A stretch of DNA of 64,000 nt from Escherichia coli (GTDB lineage Bacteria; Pseudomonadota; Gammaproteobacteria; Enterobacterales; Enterobacteriaceae): NCBI RefSeq assembly GCF_050920415.1, contig NZ_CP169309.1. One strand, written 5' to 3'. This document shows, piece after piece, positions 11,889 to 23,922 of this stretch. Numbering within the stretch: the first letter of the stretch is position 1; each line of letters opens with the position of its first letter. The notes beneath the pieces were generated by a model. That model saw only the letters and a program-made list of their open reading frames with translations, was not told the DNA's origin and searched no databases. A program made the position numbers and the translations under genes.

Positions 11889-12893
11889 CTAAATAAGAGA
11901 CTGCGTTTCCGCATAGCCGAAACGAATATTGGCGCACTGTACCGCTTGTGCTGCCGCGCCTTTCAATAAGTTGTCTTCGGTCGCCACAATAATCAGATGT
12001 TCCCCCTGAACGGCAAAACCGATATCGCAGAACGGCAGCCCGACGACATTTTTCAGCGCCGGAACGCCTTTGTCATACAACCGTACCAGCGGTTTATGGG
12101 CATACGCCTGCTGTAACGCTTGCGCGACTTGCGCCTGGTTCACGCCAGGCTTCAGGCGGCAGGTAATGGTTTCGAGAATGCCGCGCGGGAAATTGCCCAG
12201 ATGCGGGGTAAAAATAACGTCAGCACCGAGATGCGTGGCGATCTCCGGCTGGTGGCGATGGGTAAAGACACCATACGGTTGCAGGCTAACTTCACAAAAA
12301 CTATTTGAAATCGCTGCCTTACGTCCTGCTCCGCTCACACCACTGGTGGCGTTGATAACCGGCCACTGATTGAGGTCAAGAAGATCGGCATCAATCAACG
12401 GTTTCAGCGCCAATTGCGCCGCCGTCGGATAACAGCCAGGCACCGCAATTAAGTTCGCTTCTTTTAATTTATGACCGCACCACTCCGCCAGACCGTAAGC
12501 TGCCTGTTCCAACAGTTCCGGGTATTGATGGCTAAAGCCGTAATATTTTTCATAGAAGGTGGCGTCGTTAACACGAAACGCGCCGGAAAGGTCGAACACC
12601 ACACAGCCCGCTTCAAGAAATTGTGGCGCTAAATCGTGACTAACTTCATGGGCAGTAGCAAGAAACACCACGTCCACCCCTGGGCTAAACTCACTGATAT
12701 CCGACATCGGCTGCAACGGCAGATCAACGATGCCTTTTAGCTGCGGATGCAAATCGGAGATTAACTTTCCCGCATCATTGCTTTGCGCTGAAACAGTCAA
12801 AGCGGTTATGTTCATATGCGGATGGCGATTTACATAGGTCACTAGCTCTGCGCCAGCGTAACCGCTGGCACCCACAATCAGCGTATTCAACAT
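11889..12893 (-). CDS. argC: N-acetyl-gamma-glutamyl-phosphate reductase
   Basis: 334 aa, [35 protein letters not shown]... Confidence 0.95.
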   Translation of the reverse strand: MLNTLIVGASGYAGAELVTYVNRHPHMNITALTVSAQSNDAGKLISDLHPQLKGIVDLPLQPMSDISEFSPGVDVVFLATAHEVSHDLAPQFLEAGCVVFDLSGAFRVNDATFYEKYYGFSHQYPELLEQAAYGLAEWCGHKLKEANLIAVPGCYPTAAQLALKPLIDADLLDLNQWPVINATSGVSGAGRKAAISNSFCEVSLQPYGVFTHRHQPEIATHLGADVIFTPHLGNFPRGILETITCRLKPGVNQAQVAQALQQAYAHKPLVRLYDKGVPALKNVVGLPFCDIGFAVQGEHLIIVATEDNLLKGAAAQAVQCANIRFGYAETQSLI

Positions 12894-12983
12894 CGGGGCT
12901 ATTCACCTTCTTATGTCTGGTTGCCTGGTTAAACGTAAAACATTCACCTTACGGCTGGTGGGTTTTATTACGCTCAACGTTAG

Positions 12984-13020
12984 TGTATTTTTATTCACAA
13001 ATACTGCATGAATATTGATA
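12984..13020. promoter_or_regulatory. ArgR operator (two ARG boxes) in the divergent argE/argCBH control region
   Basis: gtgtatttttattcacaa and actgcatgaatattgata, two adjacent 18 bp palindromic ARG-box-like sequences between the argC and argE starts. Confidence 0.75.
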
Positions 13021-13046
13021 CTATCATGACCAGAGGTGTGTCAACA

Positions 13047-14198
13047 ATGAAAAACAAATTACCGCCATTTATCGAGATTTACCGTGCTCTGATTGCCACA
13101 CCTTCAATAAGCGCCACGGAAGAGGCACTCGATCAAAGCAATGCAGATTTAATCACTCTGCTGGCGGACTGGTTTAAAGATTTGGGCTTCAATGTGGAAG
13201 TGCAGCCCGTGCCGGGAACTCGCAACAAATTTAATATGCTGGCAAGTACCGGACAGGGAGCTGGCGGTTTGCTGCTGGCGGGGCATACCGATACGGTGCC
13301 ATTTGATGACGGCCGCTGGACGCGCGATCCGTTTACGCTGACGGAGCATGACGGCAAGCTTTACGGCTTAGGCACCGCCGACATGAAAGGCTTTTTTGCG
13401 TTTATCCTCGATGCACTACGCGATGTCGACGTCACGAAACTGAAAAAACCGCTCTACATTCTGGCGACTGCCGATGAAGAGACCAGTATGGCAGGAGCGC
13501 GTTATTTTGCCGAAACTACCGCCCTGCGCCCGGATTGCGCCATCATTGGCGAACCGACGTCGCTGCAACCGGTACGCGCGCATAAAGGCCATATCTCGAA
13601 CGCCATCCGTATTCAGGGCCAGTCGGGGCACTCCAGCGATCCAGCACGCGGAGTTAACGCGATCGAATTGATGCACGACGCCATCGGGCATATTTTGCAA
13701 TTGCGCGATAATCTGAAAGAACGTTATCACTACGAAGCATTTACCGTGCCATACCCTACGCTCAACCTCGGGCATATTCACGGTGGCGATGCATCTAACC
13801 GTATTTGCGCTTGCTGTGAGTTGCATATGGATATTCGTCCGCTGCCAGGCATGACACTCAATGAACTTAATGGTTTGCTCAACGATGCATTGTCTCCGGT
13901 GAGCGAGCGCTGGCCGGGTCGTCTGACGGTCGACGAGCTGCATCCACCGATTCCTGGCTATGAATGCCCACCGAATCATCAACTGGTTGAAGTGGTTGAG
14001 AAATTGCTCGGAGCAAAGACCGAAGTAGTGAACTACTGTACCGAAGCGCCGTTTATTCAGACGTTATGCCCGACGCTGGTGCTGGGACCTGGCTCAATTA
14101 ATCAGGCTCATCAGCCTGATGAATACCTGGAGACACGGTTTATCAAGCCCACCCGCGAACTGATCACCCAGGTGATTCACCATTTCTGCTGGCATTAA
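13047..14198 (+). CDS. argE: Acetylornithine deacetylase
   Basis: Conserved start [23 protein letters not shown] (383 aa) at 13047; M20 peptidase family. Confidence 0.95.
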   Translation: MKNKLPPFIEIYRALIATPSISATEEALDQSNADLITLLADWFKDLGFNVEVQPVPGTRNKFNMLASTGQGAGGLLLAGHTDTVPFDDGRWTRDPFTLTEHDGKLYGLGTADMKGFFAFILDALRDVDVTKLKKPLYILATADEETSMAGARYFAETTALRPDCAIIGEPTSLQPVRAHKGHISNAIRIQGQSGHSSDPARGVNAIELMHDAIGHILQLRDNLKERYHYEAFTVPYPTLNLGHIHGGDASNRICACCELHMDIRPLPGMTLNELNGLLNDALSPVSERWPGRLTVDELHPPIPGYECPPNHQLVEVVEKLLGAKTEVVNYCTEAPFIQTLCPTLVLGPGSINQAHQPDEYLETRFIKPTRELITQVIHHFCWH

Positions 14199-14201
14199 AA
14201 C

Positions 14202-14251
14202 GTAGGCCAAACAATGTCGGATGCGATGCTTGCGCATCTTATCCGACCTAC
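14202..14251. repeat. REP (repetitive extragenic palindromic) element
   Basis: gtaggccaaacaatgtcggatgcgatgcttgcgcatcttatccgacctac, a palindromic REP-type unit downstream of argE. Confidence 0.7.
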
Positions 14252-14499
14252 ACCTTTGGTGTTACTCAAGGCGATTTTTTAACATTTCCATAAGTTACGC
14301 TTATTTAAAGCGTCGTGAATTTAATGGCGTAAATTCCTGCTATTTATTCGTTTGCTGAAGCGATTTCGCAGCATTTGACGTCATCGCTTTTACGTGGCTT
14401 TATAAAAGACGACGAAAAGCAAAGCCCGAGCATATTCGCGCCAATGCGACGTGAAGGATACAGGGCTATCAAACGATAAGATGGGGTGTCTGGGGTAAT

Positions 14500-17151
14500 A
14501 TGAACGAACAATATTCCGCATTGCGTAGTAATGTCAGTATGCTCGGCAAAGTGCTGGGGGAAACCATCAAGGATGCGTTGGGAGAACACATTCTTGAACG
14601 CGTTGAAACTATCCGTAAGTTGTCCAAATCTTCACGCGCTGGCAATGATGCTAACCGCCAGGAGTTGCTCACCACTTTACAAAATTTGTCGAACGACGAG
14701 CTGCTGCCCGTTGCGCGTGCGTTTAGTCAGTTCCTGAATCTGGCTAACACCGCCGAGCAATACCACAGCATTTCGCCGAAAGGCGAAGCAGCCAGCAATC
14801 CGGAAGTGATCGCCCGCACCCTGCGTAAACTGAAAAACCAGCCGGAACTGAGCGAAGACACCATAAAAAAAGCAGTGGAATCGCTGTCGCTGGAACTGGT
14901 CCTCACGGCTCACCCAACCGAAATTACCCGTCGTACGCTGATCCACAAAATGGTGGAAGTGAACGCCTGCTTAAAACAGCTCGACAACAAAGATATCGCC
15001 GACTACGAACATAACCAGCTGATGCGCCGCCTGCGCCAGTTGATCGCCCAGTCATGGCATACCGATGAAATCCGTAAGCTGCGCCCAAGCCCGGTAGATG
15101 AGGCCAAATGGGGCTTTGCCGTAGTAGAAAACAGCCTGTGGCAAGGCGTACCGAATTACCTGCGCGAACTGAACGAACAACTGGAAGAGAACCTCGGCTA
15201 CAAACTACCCGTCGAATTTGTTCCGGTGCGTTTTACCTCGTGGATGGGCGGCGACCGCGACGGAAACCCGAACGTCACTGCCGATATCACCCGCCACGTC
15301 CTGCTGCTCAGCCGCTGGAAAGCCACCGATCTGTTCCTGAAAGATATTCAAGTTCTGGTTTCTGAACTGTCGATGGTTGAAGCAACTCCGGAACTGCTGG
15401 CGCTGGTCGGCGAAGAAGGTGCCGCAGAACCGTATCGCTATCTGATGAAAAACCTGCGTTCCCGCCTGATGGCGACACAGGCATGGCTGGAAGCGCGCCT
15501 GAAAGGTGAAGAAGTACCAAAACCAGAGGGTCTGCTGACGCAGAACGAAGAACTGTGGGAGCCGCTCTACGCTTGCTACCAGTCCCTTCAGGCGTGTGGC
15601 ATGGGTATTATTGCCAACGGCGATCTGCTCGACACCCTGCGCCGCGTGAAATGTTTCGGTGTACCGCTGGTCCGTATTGATATCCGTCAGGAGAGCACCC
15701 GTCATACCGAAGCGCTGGGCGAACTGACCCGCTACCTCGGCATCGGCGACTACGAAAGCTGGTCAGAGGCCGACAAACAGGCGTTCCTGATCCGCGAACT
15801 GAACTCCAAACGCCCTCTTATGCCGCGTAACTGGCAACCGAGCGCCGAAACGCGCGAAGTACTTGATACCTGTCAGGTAATTGCTGAAGCACCGCAAGGT
15901 TCCATTGCCGCCTACGTGATCTCGATGGCAAAAACGCCGTCCGACGTACTGGCTGTACACCTGCTGCTGAAAGAAGCGGGTATTGGATTTGCGATGCCGG
16001 TTGCACCGCTGTTTGAAACCCTTGATGACCTGAACAACGCCAACGATGTCATGACCCAGTTGCTCAATATCGACTGGTATCGCGGCCTGATTCAGGGCAA
16101 ACAGATGGTGATGATTGGCTATTCCGACTCAGCAAAAGATGCGGGGGTGATGGCGGCTTCCTGGGCGCAATATCAGGCACAGGATGCATTAATCAAAACC
16201 TGCGAAAAAGCGGGTATTGAACTGACGCTGTTCCACGGCCGCGGCGGTTCCATTGGTCGCGGCGGCGCACCTGCCCATGCGGCGCTGCTGTCACAACCGC
16301 CAGGAAGCCTGAAAGGCGGCCTTCGCGTGACCGAACAGGGCGAGATGATCCGCTTTAAATATGGTCTGCCAGAAATCACCGTTAGCAGCCTGTCGCTGTA
16401 CACCGGGGCGATTCTGGAAGCCAACCTGCTGCCACCGCCGGAGCCGAAAGAGAGCTGGCGTCGCATTATGGATGAACTGTCAGTCATCTCCTGCGATCTC
16501 TACCGTGGCTACGTACGTGAAAACAAAGATTTTGTGCCGTACTTCCGCTCCGCTACGCCGGAACAAGAGCTGGGCAAACTGCCGTTGGGTTCACGTCCGG
16601 CGAAACGTCGCCCGACCGGCGGCGTCGAGTCACTGCGCGCCATTCCGTGGATTTTTGCCTGGACACAAAACCGCCTGATGCTCCCCGCCTGGCTGGGTGC
16701 AGGTACGGCGCTGCAAAAAGTGGTCGAAGATGGCAAGCAGAGCGAACTGGAAGCCATGTGCCGCGACTGGCCATTCTTCTCGACGCGTCTCGGCATGCTG
16801 GAGATGGTCTTCGCCAAAGCAGACCTGTGGCTGGCGGAATACTATGATCAACGTCTGGTAGACAAAGCATTGTGGCCGTTAGGTAAAGAGTTACGTAATC
16901 TGCAAGAAGAAGACATCAAAGTGGTGCTGGCGATTGCCAACGATTCTCACCTGATGGCCGATCTGCCGTGGATTGCGGAGTCTATTCAGCTGCGAAATAT
17001 TTACACCGACCCACTGAACGTATTGCAGGCCGAGTTGCTGCACCGCTCCCGCCAGGCAGAAAAAGAAGGCCAGGAACCGGATCCTCGCGTCGAGCAAGCG
17101 TTAATGGTTACTATTGCCGGGATTGCGGCAGGTATGCGTAATACCGGCTAA
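14500..17151 (+). CDS. ppc: Phosphoenolpyruvate carboxylase
   Basis: 883 aa, [43 protein letters not shown]... ending ..GMRNTG. Confidence 0.97.
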   Translation: MNEQYSALRSNVSMLGKVLGETIKDALGEHILERVETIRKLSKSSRAGNDANRQELLTTLQNLSNDELLPVARAFSQFLNLANTAEQYHSISPKGEAASNPEVIARTLRKLKNQPELSEDTIKKAVESLSLELVLTAHPTEITRRTLIHKMVEVNACLKQLDNKDIADYEHNQLMRRLRQLIAQSWHTDEIRKLRPSPVDEAKWGFAVVENSLWQGVPNYLRELNEQLEENLGYKLPVEFVPVRFTSWMGGDRDGNPNVTADITRHVLLLSRWKATDLFLKDIQVLVSELSMVEATPELLALVGEEGAAEPYRYLMKNLRSRLMATQAWLEARLKGEEVPKPEGLLTQNEELWEPLYACYQSLQACGMGIIANGDLLDTLRRVKCFGVPLVRIDIRQESTRHTEALGELTRYLGIGDYESWSEADKQAFLIRELNSKRPLMPRNWQPSAETREVLDTCQVIAEAPQGSIAAYVISMAKTPSDVLAVHLLLKEAGIGFAMPVAPLFETLDDLNNANDVMTQLLNIDWYRGLIQGKQMVMIGYSDSAKDAGVMAASWAQYQAQDALIKTCEKAGIELTLFHGRGGSIGRGGAPAHAALLSQPPGSLKGGLRVTEQGEMIRFKYGLPEITVSSLSLYTGAILEANLLPPPEPKESWRRIMDELSVISCDLYRGYVRENKDFVPYFRSATPEQELGKLPLGSRPAKRRPTGGVESLRAIPWIFAWTQNRLMLPAWLGAGTALQKVVEDGKQSELEAMCRDWPFFSTRLGMLEMVFAKADLWLAEYYDQRLVDKALWPLGKELRNLQEEDIKVVLAIANDSHLMADLPWIAESIQLRNIYTDPLNVLQAELLHRSRQAEKEGQEPDPRVEQALMVTIAGIAAGMRNTG

Positions 17152-17166
17152 TCTTCCCCTCCTGCA

Positions 17167-17195
17167 AACCCTCGTGCTTTTGCGCGAGGGTTTTC
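17167..17195 (+). terminator. ppc intrinsic terminator
   Basis: aaccctcgtgcttttgcgcgagggtttt, a GC-rich hairpin followed by a T-run just after the ppc stop. Confidence 0.7.
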
Positions 17196-17332
17196 TGAAA
17201 TACTTCTGTTCTAACACCCTCGTTTTCAATATATTTCTGTCTGCATTTTATTCAAATTCTGGATATCCCTTCAGATATCCTTAAGGAATTGTCGTTACAT
17301 TCGGCGATATTTTTTCAAGACAGGTTCTTACT

Positions 17333-19066
17333 ATGCATTCCACAGAAGTCCAGGCTAAACCTCTTTTTAGCTGGAAAGCCCTGGGTTGGGCACTGCTCTA
17401 CTTTTGGTTTTTCTCTACTCTGCTACAGGCCATTATTTACATCAGTGGTTATAGTGGCACTAACGGCATTCGCGACTCGCTGTTATTCAGTTCGCTGTGG
17501 ATGATCCCGGTATTCCTCTTTCCGAAGCGGATTAAAATTATTGCCGCAGTAATCGGCGTGGTGCTATGGGCGGCCTCTCTGGCGGCGCTGTGCTACTACG
17601 TCATCTACGGTCAGGAGTTCTCGCAGAGCGTTCTGTTTGTGATGTTCGAAACCAACACCAACGAAGCCAGCGAGTATTTAAGCCAGTATTTCAGCCTGAA
17701 AATTGTGCTTATCGCGCTGGCCTATACGGCGGTGGCAGTTCTGCTGTGGACACGCCTGCGCCCGGTCTATATTCCAAAGCCGTGGCGTTATGTTGTCTCT
17801 TTTGCCCTGCTTTATGGCTTGATTCTGCATCCGATCGCCATGAATACGTTTATCAAAAACAAGCCGTTTGAGAAAACGTTGGATAACCTGGCATCGCGTA
17901 TGGAGCCTGCCGCACCGTGGCAATTCCTGACCGGCTATTATCAGTATCGTCAGCAACTAAACTCGCTAACAAAGCTACTGAATGAAAATAATGCCTTGCC
18001 GCCGCTGGCTAATTTCAAAGATGAATCGGGTAACGAACCGCGCACCTTAGTGCTGGTGATTGGCGAGTCGACCCAGCGTGGACGCATGAGTCTGTACGGT
18101 TATCCGCGTGAAACCACGCCGGAGCTGGATGCGCTGCATAAAACCGATCCGAATCTGACCGTGTTTAATAACGTGGTGACGTCTCGTCCGTACACCATTG
18201 AAATCCTGCAACAGGCGCTGACTTTTGCCAATGAAAAGAACCCGGATCTGTATCTGACGCAGCCGTCGCTGATGAACATGATGAAACAGGCGGGTTATAA
18301 AACCTTCTGGATCACCAACCAGCAAACGATGACCGCCCGCAATACCATGCTGACGGTATTTTCGCGCCAGACCGACAAGCAGTACTACATGAACCAGCAA
18401 CGTACGCAGAGTGCGCGTGAATACGACACCAACGTGCTGAAGCCGTTCCAGGAAGTGCTGAATGACCCTGCGCCGAAGAAACTGATCATCGTTCATCTGC
18501 TGGGTACGCATATCAAATACAAATACCGCTACCCGGAAAATCAGGGCAAGTTTGATGGCAATACCGATCATGTTCCGCCGGGACTAAGCGCAGAAGAGCT
18601 GGAGTCATATAACGATTATGATAACGCTAACCTGTATAACGATCATGTGGTTGCCAGCCTGATTAAAGACTTTAAAGCAGCAGACCCGAACGGTTTCCTG
18701 GTTTACTTCTCTGACCACGGTGAAGAGGTTTACGACACGCCGCCGCACAAAACTCAGGGGCGTAATGAGGACAACCCGACGCGTCATATGTACACCATTC
18801 CGTTCCTGCTGTGGACGTCAGAAAAATGGCAAGCGACTCATCCGCGTGATTTCTCGCAGGATGTTGATCGTAAATACAGCCTGGCGGAACTGATCCACAC
18901 CTGGTCAGATTTGGCGGGCTTATCTTACGACGGTTACGATCCAACCCGTTCAGTGGTGAATCCGCAGTTCAAAGAAACTACCCGCTGGATTGGTAACCCG
19001 TACAAGAAAAACGCGCTGATCGATTACGACACTCTGCCGTATGGCGATCAGGTGGGTAATCAGTAA
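17333..19066 (+). CDS. eptC: Phosphoethanolamine transferase (LPS core modification)
   Basis: 577 aa, MHSTEVQAKPLFSWKALGWALLYFWFF...; N-terminal TM helices plus a sulfatase-like periplasmic domain; recognised as EptC/YijP. Confidence 0.93.
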   Translation: MHSTEVQAKPLFSWKALGWALLYFWFFSTLLQAIIYISGYSGTNGIRDSLLFSSLWMIPVFLFPKRIKIIAAVIGVVLWAASLAALCYYVIYGQEFSQSVLFVMFETNTNEASEYLSQYFSLKIVLIALAYTAVAVLLWTRLRPVYIPKPWRYVVSFALLYGLILHPIAMNTFIKNKPFEKTLDNLASRMEPAAPWQFLTGYYQYRQQLNSLTKLLNENNALPPLANFKDESGNEPRTLVLVIGESTQRGRMSLYGYPRETTPELDALHKTDPNLTVFNNVVTSRPYTIEILQQALTFANEKNPDLYLTQPSLMNMMKQAGYKTFWITNQQTMTARNTMLTVFSRQTDKQYYMNQQRTQSAREYDTNVLKPFQEVLNDPAPKKLIIVHLLGTHIKYKYRYPENQGKFDGNTDHVPPGLSAEELESYNDYDNANLYNDHVVASLIKDFKAADPNGFLVYFSDHGEEVYDTPPHKTQGRNEDNPTRHMYTIPFLLWTSEKWQATHPRDFSQDVDRKYSLAELIHTWSDLAGLSYDGYDPTRSVVNPQFKETTRWIGNPYKKNALIDYDTLPYGDQVGNQ

Positions 19067-19214
19067 ATGACCTTTGTATCGCGTCTGGCACTATTTGCCG
19101 GATGCGATACTGGCACAATGTTTACATCGAACTCCCATCAGGCCACACTTTTCAGGTGGCCTTTTTTCATAATGCCAGTTACTGTTTTCCCGTCTATGTA
19201 CCTAAGGGAATAAC

Positions 19215-20066
19215 ATGTATCACGACGTCAGCTATCTGCTCTCCCGCCTGATCAACGGCCCGCTGTCGCTGCGCCAGATTTACTTTGCCAGCAGCAACGG
19301 TCCGGCGCCCGATCTTGCGTATCAGGTCGATTTTCCACGGCTGGAAATAGTGCTGGAAGGTGAATTTGTTGATACCGGCGCTGGCGCAACGTTAGTTCCC
19401 GGCGATGTGCTGTACGTTCCCGCTGGCGGCTGGAATTTCCCACAATGGCAAGCCCCCGCGACCACCTTTAGCGTGCTGTTTGGCAAACAGCAACTCGGTT
19501 TCAGCGTCGTGCAATGGGATGGCAAACAGTATCAAAATCTGGCGAAGCAACACGTCGCCCGACGCGGCCCGCGCATTGGTTCTTTTCTGCTACAAACGCT
19601 CAATGAAATGCAAATGCAGCCACAGGAGCAGCAAACGGCAAGGCTTATCGTCGCCAGCCTGCTTAGCCACTGCCGCGATTTGCTTGGCAGCCAAATCCAG
19701 ACCGCCTCACGCAGCCAGGCACTATTCGAAGCTATTCGCGATTATATCGACGAACGCTATGCCTCCGCGCTTACCCGCGAATCTGTCGCACAGGCGTTCT
19801 ATATTTCGCCAAATTACCTCTCGCACCTGTTTCAAAAAACGGGGGCCATTGGTTTTAACGAATACCTGAATCACACGCGACTGGAACACGCTAAGACGTT
19901 ATTGAAAGGCTATGACCTGAAGGTAAAAGAAGTGGCGCACGCCTGCGGCTTTGTTGACAGCAACTACTTCTGCCGTCTGTTTCGTAAAAACACCGAACGC
20001 TCGCCGTCGGAATATCGTCGGCAATACCATAGCCAACTGACAGAAAAATCGACTACTCCAGAATAA
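19215..20066 (+). CDS. yijO: AraC-family transcriptional regulator YijO
   Basis: 283 aa; C-terminal AraC-type HTH (..SPNYLSHLFQKTGAIGFNEYLNHTRLEHAKTLL..). Confidence 0.88.
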   Translation: MYHDVSYLLSRLINGPLSLRQIYFASSNGPAPDLAYQVDFPRLEIVLEGEFVDTGAGATLVPGDVLYVPAGGWNFPQWQAPATTFSVLFGKQQLGFSVVQWDGKQYQNLAKQHVARRGPRIGSFLLQTLNEMQMQPQEQQTARLIVASLLSHCRDLLGSQIQTASRSQALFEAIRDYIDERYASALTRESVAQAFYISPNYLSHLFQKTGAIGFNEYLNHTRLEHAKTLLKGYDLKVKEVAHACGFVDSNYFCRLFRKNTERSPSEYRRQYHSQLTEKSTTPE

Positions 20067-20394
20067 GATGGGTTTGCTGCGGCGCAGAAAGCACTTTGCG
20101 CACCGCGCTCATTACCCGCTGCGGCTCACGCAGGAATGCGTAGATGCTGCATTGCACATAGCGGCAATGTTCAAATCGCTCGGCACCGGCAAGCTCGATA
20201 TCCGTAATTAACAGCGCAACATCCGCCCGACGGATATCCTCGTCCGCTAAACGATTCTCCGTCCCCAGCGCGCCCTGAGTTTCAATGCTGACGCCCCACT
20301 TCTCTAACTGGCACAACTTTTCCAGCCGTTCCGCCGCCATATAAGTATGCGCCACGCCACTGACGCAGGCGGTTACTGCCACCAGGTATGCCAT
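20053..20394 (-). CDS. frwD: PTS fructose-like EIIB component FrwD
   Basis: Conserved start MAYLVAVTACVSGVAHTYMAAERLEK (113 aa), a PTS IIB fold with the active-site Cys; the ORF track's longer ORF begins 29 codons upstream. Confidence 0.88.
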   Translation of the reverse strand: MAYLVAVTACVSGVAHTYMAAERLEKLCQLEKWGVSIETQGALGTENRLADEDIRRADVALLITDIELAGAERFEHCRYVQCSIYAFLREPQRVMSAVRKVLSAPQQTHLILE

Positions 20395-20395
20395 T

Positions 20396-21274
20396 TTAAC
20401 CTCCCACGGTAACCTGAAATCCGGCCCGTTCTGCCATGTCACGCATCGTTGCCACATCAGCTGACGACGGCGCAGCAACATCTTTCATCGACCATGTTTT
20501 CCCCAGCAGACGGTATTTCGGTTCGCCGTACTGATGAAACGGCAACAGATGGATCTGCCTGATATTCAGCGGGATCAGCACGTCCAGCGCCTGCTGCATA
20601 TTCTCCCGACTGAGCGTGAAACCTGGGATCAGCGGTAAACGCGGTATCACGTTGACACCCTCACTCACCAGCAAACGCAGGTTCTCCAGCACGCGCGGCA
20701 GGTTCATCTTCACCACATCCCGCGCCTGAGTTGCATCCATTATTTTTAAATCGAACAACACTTCATCGCACAATTTCGCCAGCGGTAACAGCTTGCTGGC
20801 TGGCGCGTCTCCGGCAGTTTCGATGGCGCATGACACGCCCCACAATCGCAGCCGTTGCAAAAAACGGGTAGCAAACTCCGCCTGCATTAGCACTTCACCG
20901 CCAGAAAGCGTGACGCCGCCGCCAGACGTGCGAAAGAAAATGTCATCTTTCATCACTTCCCGTTCCAGCGCGTCGAGGCTGATATCACGACCAATCCGTT
21001 CAAACGCGCCGGAGGGACATTCATCCGCATCGCGCAAACATTTCGCGCAGTGCAGACATTTCGCCTCTCTGCGTACCGTCTGGATTTTGCCGGAGATCGA
21101 CTCCGGATTAGCACACCACGGGCAAAGATGCGGACAGCCTTTAAAAAATACCACCGTACGAATGCCCTCGCCGTCATTCAGTGAATAACGCTGAATGTTG
21201 AAAATGCGCGCCACATCATCGCGGCGCGTTTCCACAACGTTACAGCTGATGCGCTGTCCGGCGGATGATGTCAT
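20396..21274 (-). CDS. pflC: Glycyl-radical enzyme activating protein (pyruvate formate-lyase 2 activase)
   Basis: Conserved start MTSSAGQRI..; radical-SAM CxxxCxxC motif (GCPHLCPWC) and additional ferredoxin-like Cys clusters. Confidence 0.9.
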   Translation of the reverse strand: MTSSAGQRISCNVVETRRDDVARIFNIQRYSLNDGEGIRTVVFFKGCPHLCPWCANPESISGKIQTVRREAKCLHCAKCLRDADECPSGAFERIGRDISLDALEREVMKDDIFFRTSGGGVTLSGGEVLMQAEFATRFLQRLRLWGVSCAIETAGDAPASKLLPLAKLCDEVLFDLKIMDATQARDVVKMNLPRVLENLRLLVSEGVNVIPRLPLIPGFTLSRENMQQALDVLIPLNIRQIHLLPFHQYGEPKYRLLGKTWSMKDVAAPSSADVATMRDMAERAGFQVTVGG

Positions 21275-23537
21275 CCTGGATCTCCTTCGACAATTCGACA
21301 AAGAAGGCGCTGTATCCGGCTACGCGCACCACCAGCCCGGCATAGTCCTGTGGGCGCTGTTGGGCTTCCCGCAACGTGTCAGCGTTCACCACGTTAAACT
21401 GAATATGCTGTAACTTAAGCTGGGTAAATGCCCGTAAGAAGTCGGCTAGTTTGCGTAATCCCGCTTCACCTTCCAGGGTCGCCGGAGTGAATTTCACGTT
21501 CAGCAATGTACCGTTAGAAAGCAGCGTGTTATCGAGCTTGCTGACTGATTTCAGTACCGCCGTTGGTCCTTGTGCGTCCTGGCCCAGCATGGGTGACAAG
21601 CCTCCGTCTGCCAGTTGTTCCCCGGCAAAACGACCGTCTGGCGTCGCACCAACCACCGCTCCCAACGGGACATGAGCAGAAACGGTATACGATCCTGGCG
21701 TGAAGTAGCCACCGCGCGGGTTCTGGTAATTTTCCACTTCTTTGCAGTAATGACGCAGGAGTTCGGCGCTAATGTTATCCACCTCGTCGATATCGTTACC
21801 GTATTTCTCAAAGCGGTTAATTAAGCGAGCGCGGACTTTTTCGCCTTCTGGCGTTGCGAAGTTGGCTTTTAATACCGACAGCAATTCGTCAAAACTTAAA
21901 CGCTGTTGCTCAAAAACCATCCCTTTCAACGCATGGAGAGAATCGCTCAGGTTGGCGATACCGATCCCCTGTACGCCGGAGAAGTTATAACGCGCGCCGC
22001 CATCGGTAATATCGCGGCCATTTTCCAGACAATCGCTGATAAACGACGAGAGCAGCGGTACAGGAGCCCAGTCACGATGGCCGATATCACAAATATTGCT
22101 GCCTTCAACCATCAGGGTGATGTAGTGGCTGATCTTGACGCGGATCTGTTCCAGCAAACCTTCATAACTCAGCGCGGCATTGCCTTCATTTTCATGCAAG
22201 CAGATTTCCATCACTTTCAGCAGGTTAAACATCGCGATGTCATGCAAGCCGTAGGTTCTGCCAGGAATAGATAATTCCACGCAGCCCACTACGGAATAGT
22301 CGCGCGCATCTTCCAGCGAAACGCCACGGTTGAGGAACGCTGGCACCACCACTTCATCGTTAAAGATTTGCGGAATCCCCGTGCCGAGGCGGATGGTTTC
22401 TGCGGTTTTCATCAGGAAAGGCGTGTCGATCAAGGCGTTAGTGCGCACGCCGAGGTTCGGTTGCGGCAATTGCACGCTTTGATAAGCATCGAGACAGAGG
22501 AACGAAAGCACGTTCACTGCGCTACGTCCGTTCTCGGTTAACCCACCGAGCAGGGCGGTATAGCCGGTTGGGAAACCTGCGAAATAACGCGCGCTGCTGG
22601 TGGAGCGCAACAGCACGATGTCATTGCATTTCACCCATAAAGATTCGAGCAGTTCTTTCAGGAACGCCGGATCTTCGCCCTGGGTTAATGATGCCTGATA
22701 GAAAGGCAACATATACTGGTCGAAGCGCCCTAAAGACAGCGAGCTGGCGTTGGATTCGTATTGCAGAATGATGTTCATGTACCAGAACAACTGACACGCC
22801 TGCCAGAATGTCTGCGGCTTATGTTCGGCGTTATGGCGGGAGTTCTCCGCGATAGTCAGCAGTTCTTCGCGACGCTGGGCATCGGTGCAGTTTGCCGCCA
22901 TCGTTTCCGCCAGTTCGGCGTAACGCAAAATGTGTTTCTGCGAGGCTTCGAGCAATAACAGCGCAGCCTGATAAAAGTGATTCTCCGGCTGTTGCTGGCA
23001 ATGTTGCTGCATCTGCGCCACCAGCTCACCCAGCCCGTGATTCAGCAGGCGCGGGTAATCAATAATGATGTGCCCCTGGCCTTTATCTGTCTGGTTGATA
23101 CTGAAAATCTGCGTGCTGGTCGCGGCTTTTACTTCATCCGTCATCTGCCCGTTAATAAAATCTTTCATCGAGCGTTTTTCCCAGTATGGGAACAGCTCTT
23201 CGCGGTAGATACGTTTATCTTCTTCACTAATGGCGAAGCGGTCCTGCGGTCGCGTCGGAAATTGATCCAGCTCTTTCAGCAGCCAGTAAGGGTCCATTTC
23301 CGGCGACATAATCCCGGCGCGCGGTTTTACGGTACGGTTACCAGCAATCAGTTCTTCATCACGAATCGAAATTTCAACATGTTCAAGGATATACGCTGTT
23401 GCTTTCGCCCGGCGCAATATCACTGGATCGCCTTCGGTTTGCCGATGGCTGGCGGTATAAAGCAGCGCCCGCTCCAGCGAGATTTCACGGGTATTAGCAA
23501 ACAGTGCAGTTTTAAGGCGAGAGATACGATTCGTCAT
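21240..23537 (-). CDS. pflD: Formate acetyltransferase 2 / glycyl radical enzyme PflD
   Basis: 765 aa, MTNRISRLKTALFANTREISLERALLYTASHRQTEG..., with the C-terminal glycyl radical motif (RVAGYSAFF). Overlaps the pflC start by about 35 nt. Confidence 0.93.
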   Translation of the reverse strand: MTNRISRLKTALFANTREISLERALLYTASHRQTEGDPVILRRAKATAYILEHVEISIRDEELIAGNRTVKPRAGIMSPEMDPYWLLKELDQFPTRPQDRFAISEEDKRIYREELFPYWEKRSMKDFINGQMTDEVKAATSTQIFSINQTDKGQGHIIIDYPRLLNHGLGELVAQMQQHCQQQPENHFYQAALLLLEASQKHILRYAELAETMAANCTDAQRREELLTIAENSRHNAEHKPQTFWQACQLFWYMNIILQYESNASSLSLGRFDQYMLPFYQASLTQGEDPAFLKELLESLWVKCNDIVLLRSTSSARYFAGFPTGYTALLGGLTENGRSAVNVLSFLCLDAYQSVQLPQPNLGVRTNALIDTPFLMKTAETIRLGTGIPQIFNDEVVVPAFLNRGVSLEDARDYSVVGCVELSIPGRTYGLHDIAMFNLLKVMEICLHENEGNAALSYEGLLEQIRVKISHYITLMVEGSNICDIGHRDWAPVPLLSSFISDCLENGRDITDGGARYNFSGVQGIGIANLSDSLHALKGMVFEQQRLSFDELLSVLKANFATPEGEKVRARLINRFEKYGNDIDEVDNISAELLRHYCKEVENYQNPRGGYFTPGSYTVSAHVPLGAVVGATPDGRFAGEQLADGGLSPMLGQDAQGPTAVLKSVSKLDNTLLSNGTLLNVKFTPATLEGEAGLRKLADFLRAFTQLKLQHIQFNVVNADTLREAQQRPQDYAGLVVRVAGYSAFFVELSKEIQDDIIRRTAHQL

Positions 23538-23587
23538 GAGGAACTCCTGTGGGGAAGCGAACCCGCCCTTGCGAGCGGGATAAGGAC

Positions 23588-23908
23588 TTAAGCGGTTTGT
23601 GCCAGGTGAGCTTCAATTTTGCTCATAATGGCGTCAGCACGTTTTACCGCGTCGCTGATGTTGACGCGCACAATGGTCTTGCCAGCAAAACGCTCTTCAA
23701 ACTTGATGCCGATATCTTTGGTCAGAATCACCATATCGGCGCTCGCCACGTCTTCCGCAGTCAGTTCATTTTCCAGACCAATCGAGCCCTGAGTTTCTAC
23801 TTTCACTTCCCAACCTTTCGCTTTCGCGGCACTTTCCAGCGCCTCTGCCGCCATATAAGTATGGGCAACACCAGATGGACATGCGGTTACTGCAATAATT
23901 TTCGTCAT
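23588..23908 (-). CDS. frwB: PTS fructose-like EIIB component FrwB
   Basis: 106 aa, MTKIIAVTACPSGVAHTYMAAEALE... Confidence 0.9.
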   Translation of the reverse strand: MTKIIAVTACPSGVAHTYMAAEALESAAKAKGWEVKVETQGSIGLENELTAEDVASADMVILTKDIGIKFEERFAGKTIVRVNISDAVKRADAIMSKIEAHLAQTA

Positions 23909-23922
23909 GGCTCGTTCCTCAA

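Noticed and set aside
14344-14675. Small minus-strand ORFs (81 and 68 aa) across the ppc start region
   Set aside because: They overlap the ppc promoter and 5' coding region antisense; no support for coding.
17289-17504. 71 aa ORF overlapping the eptC start
   Set aside because: A different frame covering the eptC ribosome-binding region and N-terminus; the eptC frame matches the known protein.
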